Assembly (NCBI GenBank): GCA_051362555.1
Contig: CM120648.1
Location: 12,768,587-12,832,586 of the forward strand
Source: Lingula anatina
Taxonomy: Eukaryota; Animalia; Brachiopoda
DNA length: 64,000 bases
Direction of reading: 5' to 3'
In this document: in pieces, positions 32,501 through 44,700 of the stretch
Layout of the letters: each line of letters begins with the position of its first letter
How positions within the stretch are numbered: the first letter of the stretch is position 1
Position numbers and translations under genes: made by a program
The notes under the pieces: model-generated
What the model saw: the letters and a program-made list of their open reading frames with translations, nothing else
What the model was told of the DNA's origin: nothing
Database searches by the model: none

Positions 32501-35500
32501 GTCGTCTGTTTACGGCCTTGTGTCGTCTACCCGGGGTGATCATTTGGAAGAAATCCAGGGTTAATATTACCAGATCTCTCCGCATGCCCGGCGATTTTCC
32601 CTGCTGCTAAACGAGATGTCAACTGGTCAATTAGCAGTCAATCGCTGACAAATTATTGTAATTAGAATTTCACTGCTCTCACCCCTGTCCACGAACGCTG
32701 CGACGGTTTTTATATTTCGTTAAACAGTGTTTGCCGGAAAACGATCCTCAATTCCCTCCACTCTCCGTTTTTATCACCTGTTGGTTTCTCAGTCGATCAC
32801 CGCCATCACCATCACCTTTGTGTTCTTTTTGCTGCTCATTTTAGTTCACATTTTTTGTAACAAAGAGAGCAAACAAGCACCTGTTTTTTTATTGATTCGA
32901 TCAATCATTCTTATTCATTCCCGATCAAGTCTAAAAGTAGGCCTACGTGGACCATTACCAAACAGGTGGGATAATTGAAAAAAAAAAAACAAAAAAACAG
33001 GAAAGGCACATCACCTTATTGTAAAATATGGTAAAACTTGGTATTATCTTTTATAGGGTCAAAATTCGTTAGTAGGTATAGCTTTTTCTTATATCTATGT
33101 TATCTCTTTTTCCTCTTATTCCTTTACTTTTTTGTGGAGCTGGTTCAGTTGATTTTTCCTAGCTCTAAACAGTTTGTGTGACTTGAATCGAAGGGGACTG
33201 CCTTGGGTCCTTATGCATTTCTGTTTAAGTTCACTGAGAAACGGAAAACGGGTTTCTACTTTGATGTGATGGAAAAAAGAATAATTTTGCTACATATTAA
33301 ACTATAAATCCCTCTTTTTTACGTTTATGTTATCGGTTGACATAGATGAAAAAAAGTTCTGTTGTTTCCATTTTTTCAATCTTTTGTACATGTATTAATA
33401 TGGCAGTTTGGTAGTTCAGATTGTGAAATAATTTTATTCTCTTAAAGTATTTCTTATAACTAAGTCCTTTGTGCACAAATAGACAAAGAGATACGATAGA
33501 AAATTTTGCAAGAATATTCTAAGAGAAAAGATAACGGACGAAATCTCTACATGCGGTGGAATGTCGCAGTAGCACGTGCCCGAAGCCACTTACATTCCCC
33601 AACGCGGGGCCCATCTGCCTTTGTATGGCCAAAACATAAGGTTGCCCATCAATTTAGTGAAATTTCATTTGATTCCCCGCTCATTATGGCTTGTTCCTTT
33701 GTTCGCCGTTTTTCAGCAATTTTGCTCATTTTTCAAGAGCGCCAGCGTGGGAACTTTGTAACAGCATATGGCCTCCGTGCTGTAATAAGGCATTCCCGAA
33801 GGGAGAATCCAGAAGAATTTTATAAAATAATGTCAGGGAATCTCATAGCTGCAGCGTTCCTCCGGCGGCGCCTTTGTTTCCTTGTCCTGTACACCAAAAA
33901 TTAGCGCGCAGACGACAAAGGTGGTCACGCGGCGCGCGCAGCGTCTCCTGGAGAGCGGGGATATGAGAGAGCACAATGGCGGAGGTCGAAAGTTGTACAA
34001 CACGCGGCGTGAGCGCAGAGAGAGCGCGGCGTGAGACGCACCTGGGAAACAAGCGCAAGGAAGGAAACAAATTTTTGCAAAAATGCTTTATTCTGATGCT
34101 AATCTGAATTGAATTTAATTCTGATAAAATGACAAATGAGTCTTCTCAATTGCCTGTAATGATATCTGCAGACAAAAAATGTTTCTTTTTTCCCCCAACA
34201 GACAAAACAAAACAACACAACAGAAAGTGCTTAACTTATATGAAAAATAGTGTTTTCTCTGATAAAACACTAGCAAATAGTATTATTCCTGTTCACTTCT
34301 TGTTCATATCGGTCTTTTCTGTTAAAAATATAAGTGAAAGTCCGAAAAGTGACATAAAAATATACACAAGCTACTTACTCACTGTTTTTTGTGAAGAGGG
34401 CGAATTGTTAAAGGAAATATTACCATTTTGCAAAATATGTCTAAAATGAATAATCTGCTATGTTCCTAATTCTTTGTTCAACAAAACCTTATGTCAAATT
34501 AAAAACAAATTGTTAACTCATTTTTTACTGATTTTCATAAATCTGTGAAGTGATTACAACCTTTTTCCTTATCGACGCTCTTTTGGCTTAGGAAATTTGT
34601 TTCTGTTAACAGGGTGATTGAAAATTGAGCAACATATTTGCAACTGGATCGGTAATACCCACAATGATAAGAAGAAGTAATGATAGCTTTAAGAGCAAAA
34701 CATCTGCGGTTTAAAGAATCGCAGCAGTGGGTATTTTGTTCCTAAAATGCCATGACTTCTAACTCAACATCAACTCTGATGTAATCTCAAGTGTTATCAA
34801 AGAGTGTCACTTCGCAATCATTGAATAAAATCTGGTAAGTTCTTCTTCAGATACTTATCAGAAATGTTATTTCAGATCCTTAAGGATAACTTGATAGTAT
34901 TATGTGTATCTAACCACGAGAAAGGTTTGTCGTGTACTCTGGCTTAACGCTGAACGCGCGCAAAGTCCCCTAACTCTCAGCACGAGGTGCGCTAATTGAG
35001 AAATTACTAACAAAAGATCGTTCCCTTCTCCTGGGGCAGCGAAAGGTTAGACATCAAATAGGATTTAACAAACAAGGTAAGACGTCGACTTTTATCCGAG
35101 CTTAATAAATCGAGGCAATTTGTTGAAGCGAGATAACATGCCAGCGAGCGGTCGCCCATATGTTAACCTGACCAATGAATTTTATGACCGAGTCAACTCT
35201 CAATGGAGCTCGATTGTTGACGGGCGTAATTGAGTTTCCGATCTTTCTATTGTGAAGAGTTCTTAGTTCCAGCGCCTACTGTGACAAGGAGGTAAATGGG
35301 AAACTGTTATTCTATCTCGCGTTTTGCGCCTCCCTTTCAGGGAGCTATTTGTCGATGTTCAATTAATCCGCCGAGAGCGGCTCGTCTTGGGCGGAGCAGC
35401 ATATTCGGAATGACTGTTTGCTTCTACACACTGATACTTACATTAGTTATCCCACTTTGTGAAGCTCATTTTTTCGCTTTAATACATTCTTCTTGAAATC

Positions 35501-37000
35501 ACATCATATTTTATAGATTTTTATGGTTTGATTTTTGTGTTCAATCGTTTTACATGTTTCCTTTTGCAAGGAACTTTCAAGTTTCAAATTTGAGGAAAAA
35601 AGTTGCTTTATAGTCCTTTTTGAAATCCATTTGTATAATCATCGATATATTTTAAGCGTAGTCGTGAGAAGCATTCCCTTTCGCAATATCAATATATATT
35701 TCCTTTAGTTCATTTCCCTTTTATGATTTATATATTAATTTTGTTATTAGTAAATATGTTAAATTTTGATAATTTTTCGACCTGACTAAAACACTGATTC
35801 ACCTGTATAGCGTTCATAAGTCTATCAGATTTAGCTTTTCTATATCCTTACAAGAGGATCATTTAAGATGCCACCGCTTTAAGACATTTTCAGCATGTGC
35901 ACCCTTCTCATCTTGATATTCTGTGTCTGAAACTTAATAAACTCTTTTGATTTTCGATTTCACTTTCTTATTTTGGTTCATAAATAATATCACATGCCGA
36001 CACATCTATCACTAAGTGTATTTCAATTTTGCAATGGAGTTCAACTGATAATCACAAGAAAGTTATCAGTAGTTTAAAGGTGAAAAATAGTCATCATTCT
36101 TATTATTTATTAAAATAATTTGTTTCAGTACAGTACATTGTTTTAGATTCACTCTTATTTTATAATTGTAAAATAAACAGTATTTATGTTAATAATGCAC
36201 ACCGTCACACTAGTCTTCTGAGGTTTAAGCTGCAATATTTAGTTTTTTTTTTGAAACGTCATTTAAAAGATATTTTTGATATGTAACAAAAATTGAATTC
36301 CAAAAAGTCATTGGTGCGGGGTATTCCCCCTCAGCTAAGGTGACCATATGGTGTTGTTGATGGAAGGCGAGAGCGCCCCGCGTGGCTCACTGAAAGACCT
36401 CGTAACGACATTCACAGCAGCAAGACCCATCAGCGCATGGCGCGCTGCACGACGCGGAGCGCTCCTTTCAAAACACCGGCTTAAGACCAGAAATTTTGTC
36501 TTCATTATTCTGGGCAAATTTTAATAACCGGGTTTTATCGCCCGGGGTGCGCGGCAATTACTCAATGGTTACACTCTGACAAAGGGACAACTTTGGGTCC
36601 CATGTTTTCAAACTTCTCGCCAAGATACAACGATTAGACAGCAAGAGATGTAGTAATTGCCTTAAGGGATTAGCTGGCGTCTTTTTTGTAACCTAACGCG
36701 ATTGGCTTTTGCCCGGGGATGAATCGTTTTGTATAAAATAAATGCAGAGGAGGTTGAGGGGGATAAATGTGGGAACCTCTTTACATGTCGAATATGACGG
36801 GAAAAAACACGATGGGCACCTGTAAAAAGAGAATAAGCAAATTTAAATAAAATTATTAATTATCACAATAAAGGTTCTATCTATTGTTGGTTCTAGTACA
36901 CTTTTTTTTACAAACGGCCACAGGCTAATAATTATCTATTGCAATAATAACATATTCTACTCTTAAATGAAGGTAAGAATATGTTTACAAAAATAGTTGA
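29550..37000. promoter_or_regulatory. Gene-free cis-regulatory region upstream of the HES gene
   Basis: No spliceable coding exons found and few recognisable TEs. CpG-richer islands contain Su(H)/CSL sites (CGTGGGAA 33746, CGTGAGAA 35663, TGTGGGAA 36768) and many CACGCG/CACGAG sites. Confidence 0.5.
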
Positions 37001-39703
37001 ACATAACATTATTCAGTATTGAATATTTATGGCTTTCATCTGTTGTAACAATAAGATCAACAATACAGTATTCTAGTCGTTACGAATCAACGTCAAAATT
37101 CCCTTATACTTCAGGCAATTGATTTTCAGTTTTGCTAGCAAAACAAAACAAAAAACAAAAAATGCTAATAGTAAGTAAAAAATGAAAAACACCAAAGGTA
37201 TCACTGGTAGCCTCACTCTATGACCAATTTCCATCAGAACAATCAGAATTAAGAAATGATTTGTAAGTTGTACTGGTACATGGCACACTTAAGATTTCTA
37301 CGTCATTATAAATTGACAGAAATAATTCAGATTATTTATGTACACAAACTAGGTAAAATGTCCACATATAATATTAATCTAACAAACATTACTTTTGTAC
37401 AGTTTGGGCGGTTATAAGTCCGCGCGTGCGCTGTATCTTTTAATATAAACCCCTTTGGACAACATGTTGTGTGGGAGAATAAAGAAAGTGAGAATAACAC
37501 AATACAAATAGAGAGCGAGAACATAAATCTCGTATCATTTAACACGCAACCCGATGCAACAGCGCTGTACAAAGTGGTGTAAAGCAGCTTATCGTTTAAG
37601 ATTAACTCAAGCTCTTAAGGATCTTCAGTTTAGCGTTAACGTAAGGTTCTCAAGCGGGCTCGTAACCCAAATATTTAACGTATTGTTCCGTGGCTCAAGT
37701 ATCAAGTGCCCAGCGATCAGTAGATGACCCTATATGTCGGACTTGTGGCCAAGTGGTCAGTTTATCATACAGCGTGAGAGGGGTTTATCCTAAATCTCAC
37801 ATAATCTCGAGTAAGAAAGTGGGAGATTCAATGGTGAAGTGGCAATGTGAAGTGGTAACGCGAGAGGGTGGCGGAGAGGCTCAGGGTAGATAAACCCCGT
37901 GGACTAATCGGTTCTCTGGTCCTCTTTTCGTGGATAACGGTAATTTGGAAGCAAATGAACGGCAGGGTGTCACCTCTTGTCGTGCGTTTTACTCTGAAGC
38001 TCCCTGGGGAGCTGAAACAATTTAGTGTAAAATTTGGATTCTTCTTGAGTGTCTTGTACATATGCAAGTGGCTGTTGGTGCTTCAGTTGTAGCTGCAGCT
38101 GGCGCTGAAGAGGGTGTTTCACGTAACTGTTACTCAACGTTGCACTTGGACTGGAAAGGCCAAACTATCCTTGACAGCTTGTACTTGATTTGCACCTTGT
38201 TGCGCCAGCCATAAAATCCTCATTATTGTCAGAGAATCTCATTAGTCCAGAAAACAAAATTATTTCTCCCTCAATTATCATCTAGAGCTCGAGGATGTTT
38301 CTTTTACGTCCATTGATATCCTTATGTATACTAATACGTAATTGAGGTGTATAATCATTTTAAACATATAATTGATGTGACCCACAAATAGTTTTGATCA
38401 TTTTTATTTGCTTTCACTTGGAGGGAAGACCCCGGTACCAAGTATTTCACTTTTGGCCCCTTTCTTTCCACCAGTGCACGTGTTGTATTAATGTAAGCAG
38501 ATTGCAAGATTGCGAGATACACGTACTCTACAGTCAGGTCCGTAGCCAGGTGTGTGTGTGTGTGTGTGTGCGTGTGTGTGTGCGTGTGTGTGTGTGTGGG
38601 GGGGGGGGGCTACTGGCCTGACTGCACATGTACATCTCACAACATCGACAACAATTGCTAATTTCACATGTAAATGTACCTACAGTGTAGTATGTGTTTA
38701 CATGAAGACCAGCAGATGTTCCTATTTCTCAGATTTATTAAGGTTCAATGCCTTTAAAAATAAAGTCTTTAAGAGTAAAAGTAAAAAAAAAAATATTATT
38801 AAACTTTAAAATTTCAAATGAATCATTTATATATTCTTTTATTTATTTTCATTCTTTGGTGATTTCGATTAAAAAGTTTCGACGATAAGGCATTAAGCTG
38901 ACTTACAGTATAATCTCAATGTATCACATAACGGGCATTACACCAGTGCATGAAGCTAACTCCCCTTGCAAACGTGTATGCGCTCCTTGAGCACGAAAAA
39001 CGAGAGGTCACCGCGGACAAGGGCCACCCCCTTAACTTTAGAAATATCCCTCTCTCCACCCCTTAAAAACTAAAAACGATCGAAATAAGACAACATATTA
39101 ATTCCAGTAAAACTGTCCCCGTTTATCGTTGTCGCGAAGCAAGATATTTTATCCATTTGCACCCCTCCTCCTCATGCTTGTGAAAATCCTGCATCCACGA
39201 GTGCTTTCGACTGTTCATAACACCACATCGAAAAGTGTCATCGACAATGGAATCGGTGTCACAAGTCCTAGTGTCAACTTTGGCACAGCTCAGCTATCTA
39301 TGCGCAAACTTGTCATCGACTTTCTAGCCCAAACGCAGCTAATCGAAACACAAGTATTGTTTGTCATTTTCTCTCGGGCCGTATCAAATTAGGCGGTATG
39401 TGTGCGAGAAAGGTTCAACGTACAAGTATTCAAAGGCTGCTCCAACATTTGTACATTTACTGGCACATGTGTATTTAAATAAACTACACACACTGGACGT
39501 TGGAAGTGTCACCCCTACTGAACCAATACTTTGGGGGAGATAAATGACTGTGGAATGATATGCTCCTGGTATCATTTTATTAACATCAAATTTCACAAGA
39601 AAAAAATGTAGACCAGGCATTATAACTACTCAAGATCTGCCTACTTTGATTATTGATTACTTGATTATTATTTGATTACTCTGATTCAGGGGGTGACACT
39701 TCT

Positions 39704-39870
39704 CAGGCCCGTAGCCAGCAATTTCAAAAGGGGGGTTCTTTTTCTGAAAAAGTGGACCTTTTCCCATAAAAACGCCAAGTACCTAGATCAAATTTTACCC
39801 AAAGTGGACCTTTTCCCAGCAAAAGGGGAGGTTCTTCCGAACCCCCCGAACCCCCCTGGCTATGGGCCTG
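39704..39870. mobile_element. CAGGCCCGTAGCCAG-type MITE, 5-bp TSD CTTCT, absent from unit B
   Basis: CAGGCCCGTAGCCAG...CTGGCTATGGGCCTG with CTTCT on both flanks. Short relatives at 38535-38620 and 50327-50397. Confidence 0.75.
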
Positions 39871-41509
39871 CTTCTATTGTCCATTGTGAGTATAATAACT
39901 GTCGTCCCCTTGTTATACATTGCGGAGCAGATAGCTCACAGTTTATTTATTTAGTTATCTTTTATTGTTTTCTATTATTTTTTCTTGGTGGAGGGGCTGA
40001 ATTTTCTAGAGGCGTTTTGAAGTATTACCAACGACTTAATAAGGAAAAGAAGGAAAGCATAGACATTCCTCCCGCTAGGTTCTAGATACTAGACATCTGG
40101 CCTGGAAAACGCCCTTCATGTGCTTCTTTGCTATTGCTCCTAATAGATTGGCCTCTATCAGTCTTGGCACTACAACTACGGCTACTTATCCCAGCGCGCC
40201 ATATATACAGGGGGGTAAATTACAACTCCTAATTAGAATATACGTATTACTAACTTCGAACGCATTACATCCAGATTTCATACAGTGGTGGATACAACCA
40301 GGCAGTTATTTCTGAACATTTCATCTTACAGTGGGTAAGTGTGAATACTGTGACTGTAGAGCCGCATTTTGAAGCCAAACGCATTGTGCAACCATATAAA
40401 TACGTGAAAGCGCATTTTGCAACCAGTTTTTTTCTTAGTCACAAATTAATTTCTACAACGACCAAACACTTGTCATTGCTTTTCTAGTGCCAGTATACAT
40501 GTACAAAATGTACCTACAATGTATCACGTAACATGGATATCTCAATCACAATGAACGTCTCAACCACACCGCGTCTGAGTTCAATCTGTTCTCTAGCTGC
40601 AAACACAATCCGTGACCAGATGCCAGCAGTTGTAGGAAGGAATGTCTAGAAAACATGACAAATATAAAGAACGTTTCTACCAGAGAAAATGGGCGAAAAA
40701 CTTTTCATTTGAACATCAATAGTTTTAGAAATATTGGAAGATAAACGGTTGTGAGCGTACCTCCTTTTGTCGTTTGGGACCAAATGTGTGTTTCATTTAG
40801 CTTCTAACGGCGCACACGTTGTAGGCGTTTGGCGTGAACGTGGCCACGAGGAAGCTTTCCACTCTAACGGGTGGTTTCTAGCCCTCTGGTAACTTTAAAG
40901 TAAAATTCTAAAGCAATGTGGTGAAGAAAATGAATAATTCCATTTCAGCCAGGCCTTTGCTCAGGCAAACAAGAGATCCTCAAATAAATAAATAAATAAA
41001 TAAATATAGAATAATTTGGCTTGGAAGTAACCAAAGTAATTTTAAGAATTACCAGTGCCCAAAAAGTGATGTGAAATTTACAAGACTTTTTTCCCCTGGG
41101 CATTGGCAACCTTGTCATTTTGTTAACGATTATCTTTTAAAATATAAAATATGAAATTTTATGATGTTCTAGAAAATGTCTCTTATATATATCTCCTTGA
41201 GCATGATAACAATTTAAGTATCATAACACCAACTCTGAGTTGCGTAAAAGCACATACAATTATTATTATTATTATTATTCATCTTTATTTTTATCCAATA
41301 TAATAAAAATACTACTTGAATGCTATTATTTTATCACCAAGAGTAAGAAGGGGTAAAGATATCTGAATCCGCTCAGATAACTAGCCTACATGTCTGTTGG
41401 TCGTGTCATAACACAGTGAGCATGTGGAGACAGACGACTGAAACTTTTTCTTAAAATTCACCAGAAATGAGACGATGACCATGCACTCGTGAACTGTCTG
41501 ACATTCACT

Positions 41510-41650
41510 AAGTACTGTAAATGTTATATATATTAGTGTTTACATGACAATTTCAAAACATCGACCCAGTTTTTGACCCAACTTTCAAGAAGTGACCTTG
41601 AGCCGCTAGTGACAAATGACGTGAGCGCATTATATAGCTCTTGCAATACT
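41510..41650 (+). promoter_or_regulatory. CYP copy A proximal promoter (copy B equivalent ~52540-52680)
   Basis: TATA-like TATATAG at 41631, CRE-like TGACGTGA at 41617 and TGACC half-sites. The block is strongly conserved between A and B relative to the flanking DNA. Confidence 0.55.
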
Positions 41651-41760
41651 AGATAGATCTTTCTGATTTTTTACTTTGGACTTTGATAGATCTGATAGAT
41701 ATTTAGTCGGCGATTTTACGTCGTCCTCAAGCACTTCCCAAACGATACCAGCGAGCCAAC

Positions 41761-44700
41761 ATGGCCAACCTCGTGCAGGACTTCTTGGCGTATATTTCTC
41801 CTGTCGGTCTGCCGACTGTTTTGATATTCGTGGCAGTGTTGTTGTTAAGTCTGTGGATGCTGTCGTCGAGGAATCCTCGGGTGAAATGGCCGCCCGGACC
41901 TGTCTGTTTCCCCGTGGTGGGATGCCTCCCACAGCTGATGTACACTGGTAGGAGACGACAACCGACAGATCTTTTTCCTTGGTATGATAAATACGGAGAT
42001 ATCATGCACGTAAGAATTGGTGAGCAACACATGATAATGCTGGGGACTTATGAGCTGATCCAAGAGGCTTTCGTGAAGAATGCAGCCACAGTCAGCGCTA
42101 GACCTACTTGGATATATCTTCTGAAACATGTAGTTGGAAAGGACGGTAAGTAAGTGAAATGTAGCAGGGTAATCCCATGTTACGTTTTTTATATGTCGTA
42201 TAGATTGTTGCAAAATTATTATTATTATTATTCCCTCCGACAAGGCTGTTATGTTTTTGTTTGCGTTATTTAGTGGGATTTGTTTGTTTGTACAGCATTA
42301 CGCAAACACTTATGGACTGATTTTGATGGGATTTTAAGGATAGTTCACAAATTTCACCTTATTTTAATTTTACTAATCATATAGTGTCCAGAATAAAACC
42401 GTTTCGACTCCATGGCTTCTTTGATATCCCTGTGGCGCTCAGATGAAAACCCATAGTCACTTCCAAGTATTCGCGGTGATGTTAATCTGTTCTTCTTAGA
42501 GAGATTTAATGCCAAGATTGCCATGGTCATATAACAGAGGAAAAGATCAATATTTTGGTCTGACAGCAAGATATGTCCAATATTCTAGACATCCTTCTTA
42601 TTGTCACCGCTCTTAATCACCTGTGGAGTAACAATCATTATCATGTAGGTTGAATTTAATATTCAAGGAATCTAGCTACTCGAGACAATCGGCGTGCTGA
42701 ATATTAGTTTTTAAAATTGTTTTTAATATATTTATTAAAGTCCGTCATAAAATTATACTGATTAAAACTTATGTAACGCCAGTACATTAAGCAAGCACGA
42801 TAAATAAAATTTAATTAAGTAATCACCTAAAGGTGCGGCATATTGAAATACAAATACTTACATTGTATCAGTCGTTACATTAAGCAGACGGAACATTTTT
42901 TTCCTGAAAATTTCATAGAATAGAATCTTGATACGAAAGAGAAGCAGCCGAGACTTGTCTAGGTTTCATCTGGTAACAGGATAGACTTATCTCCACCAAG
43001 TGTCAAAAGCCGCACATATAATACTTGTAGTATTTACATAACCTAAGATTCAATTTATCGATCCAGGTTTTGACCTACATTTATACGGGAACTGAGACAT
43101 TGGGAACCATCCCCAGACCTTATCGTTCTAACTGTGGATCGATCTATCTCCGAGGGGATTCTCACTAAATTGCAATCAACTTAAGCCGCTTAGATGTCTG
43201 TCACGCCTACTGACGCTGCTAAGGGGTAAATAATTATCGTTTGGCCGCTTCAGTAGGCGTGTCAGACATCTAAGCCGCTTAACCTGAAAGCAATTTAGCG
43301 AGAAACCCATCGGAGATGGATCGATCCTGTTAGATCGAGGAATGGGAACCCAGTCTTAGGCCCCGTGGGCTTGGGTGGAATGCGAACGTGCATGCACTCA
43401 TAACTGTATTGAAGTCTTAGGAAAACTTCATTTCTGTTATTCCGAACAACAAAGTCGTTCTTCTCGTAGAATGCATACTTGTGGATTATTCGAATTAAAA
43501 CCGGTTTTCTAAAATGATGTTGGATTAACGGACGTCCCAGTAGTAAACATTTTACACACTATATCAAACTATTCAAGTTCCTGTTCAAATTTGATCCCAT
43601 ATAGTACATACAAAACATCAATAATCTGTCTTGCTTAGTTGTCCCAAGCTTAGCTTCTAAAGTTCTCTCTCTCAACCCCAAGAAAGAGTTACTGGAGCGG
43701 AACCAGACAAAACCAAGTTATTTTAGAAATTGAACAGGTTTTACATTTCTATTAATTTTTTAAAAATCTTTGTGCCCCCCTCACCCACCCTAGTATAATC
43801 CAGCAGTATCCTAGTTTTTGCCCTTCCTAACATAATTTACTTTTTGTCCTCAAACTTTTATAGTGAAGTTCGTGACCCGTTGATGTAGTATTTTTGAAGT
43901 GGGGGTCCTGTGTAGGCTATGCACACAGCTTGGATTGAACAGGAAGATCACAACTGACGCATTTTCTCGCCACTTCGATTTCCAGACATGACATCTCAGT
44001 GGCGGATTTAGGTGTCAGGGGGGTCCTGAAAGAAAAATCACACCAATGGTCCCGTTTTGAAATTATTCTATTTTTACTACTATGTATTAGGGCCTACATC
44101 CCGAATGTCGACAGAATAAAATACGCTGAAGTAATCCGACTGCATGATCTGATAGTGCTTGGCGCTTTAAACTAAACCAACAAATGTGAGGGGTGACAGG
44201 TTTTAATAGCTATCAGACAGCTAATTTCCTTTAAGTTTAACTATTGGGGGGGGGGGGGGGGGGGGGGCGGAGGTCGGCTTTACGTCCGCGGCCTGTCATT
44301 CCTGATAACCGGACCCCTTCAAATAATCCTGGATGTGCCCCTGCATCTGACAAGTTTTCTTATTATCTATGTTATCGTTAAGAACCCGAGGACTTCATTA
44401 TTGGTTGTTTGGTGTAGACGGGATGGAGAAACCAGTAGTAACTTACTTATTGTTCAAAAACATTCCGAATTCTGTCTTTGAACTGTTCAAAAAGACGACA
44501 GGTGTCGCACGTGTGTTGTTTGGAATGGGCGAAAACAGATGCCAGTTGACAACGTCATTTTTCCCTTTTCAATGTTTTATGTGTGAAAGGCACGAAGGCA
44601 CAGATATGAAAGATTGTCTTCACCCAAAACATAACAACATCATCATCATCAACAACAATAATAAAAAATGAATAAAGAAACATACAACGAAAAAGGAAGA

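Noticed and set aside
33506-33904. 132-aa ORF and other short ORFs upstream of HES
   Set aside because: No recognisable domains or splice partners. They overlap motif-rich, enhancer-like DNA.
39129-39392. ORF also present at 50743-51129
   Set aside because: The similarity comes from the segmental duplication; starts and ends differ and no family is recognisable.
41630-42243. Minus-strand ORFs repeated at the three CYP exon 1 copies
   Set aside because: They are antisense shadows of the conserved CYP exon, with no independent coding signal.
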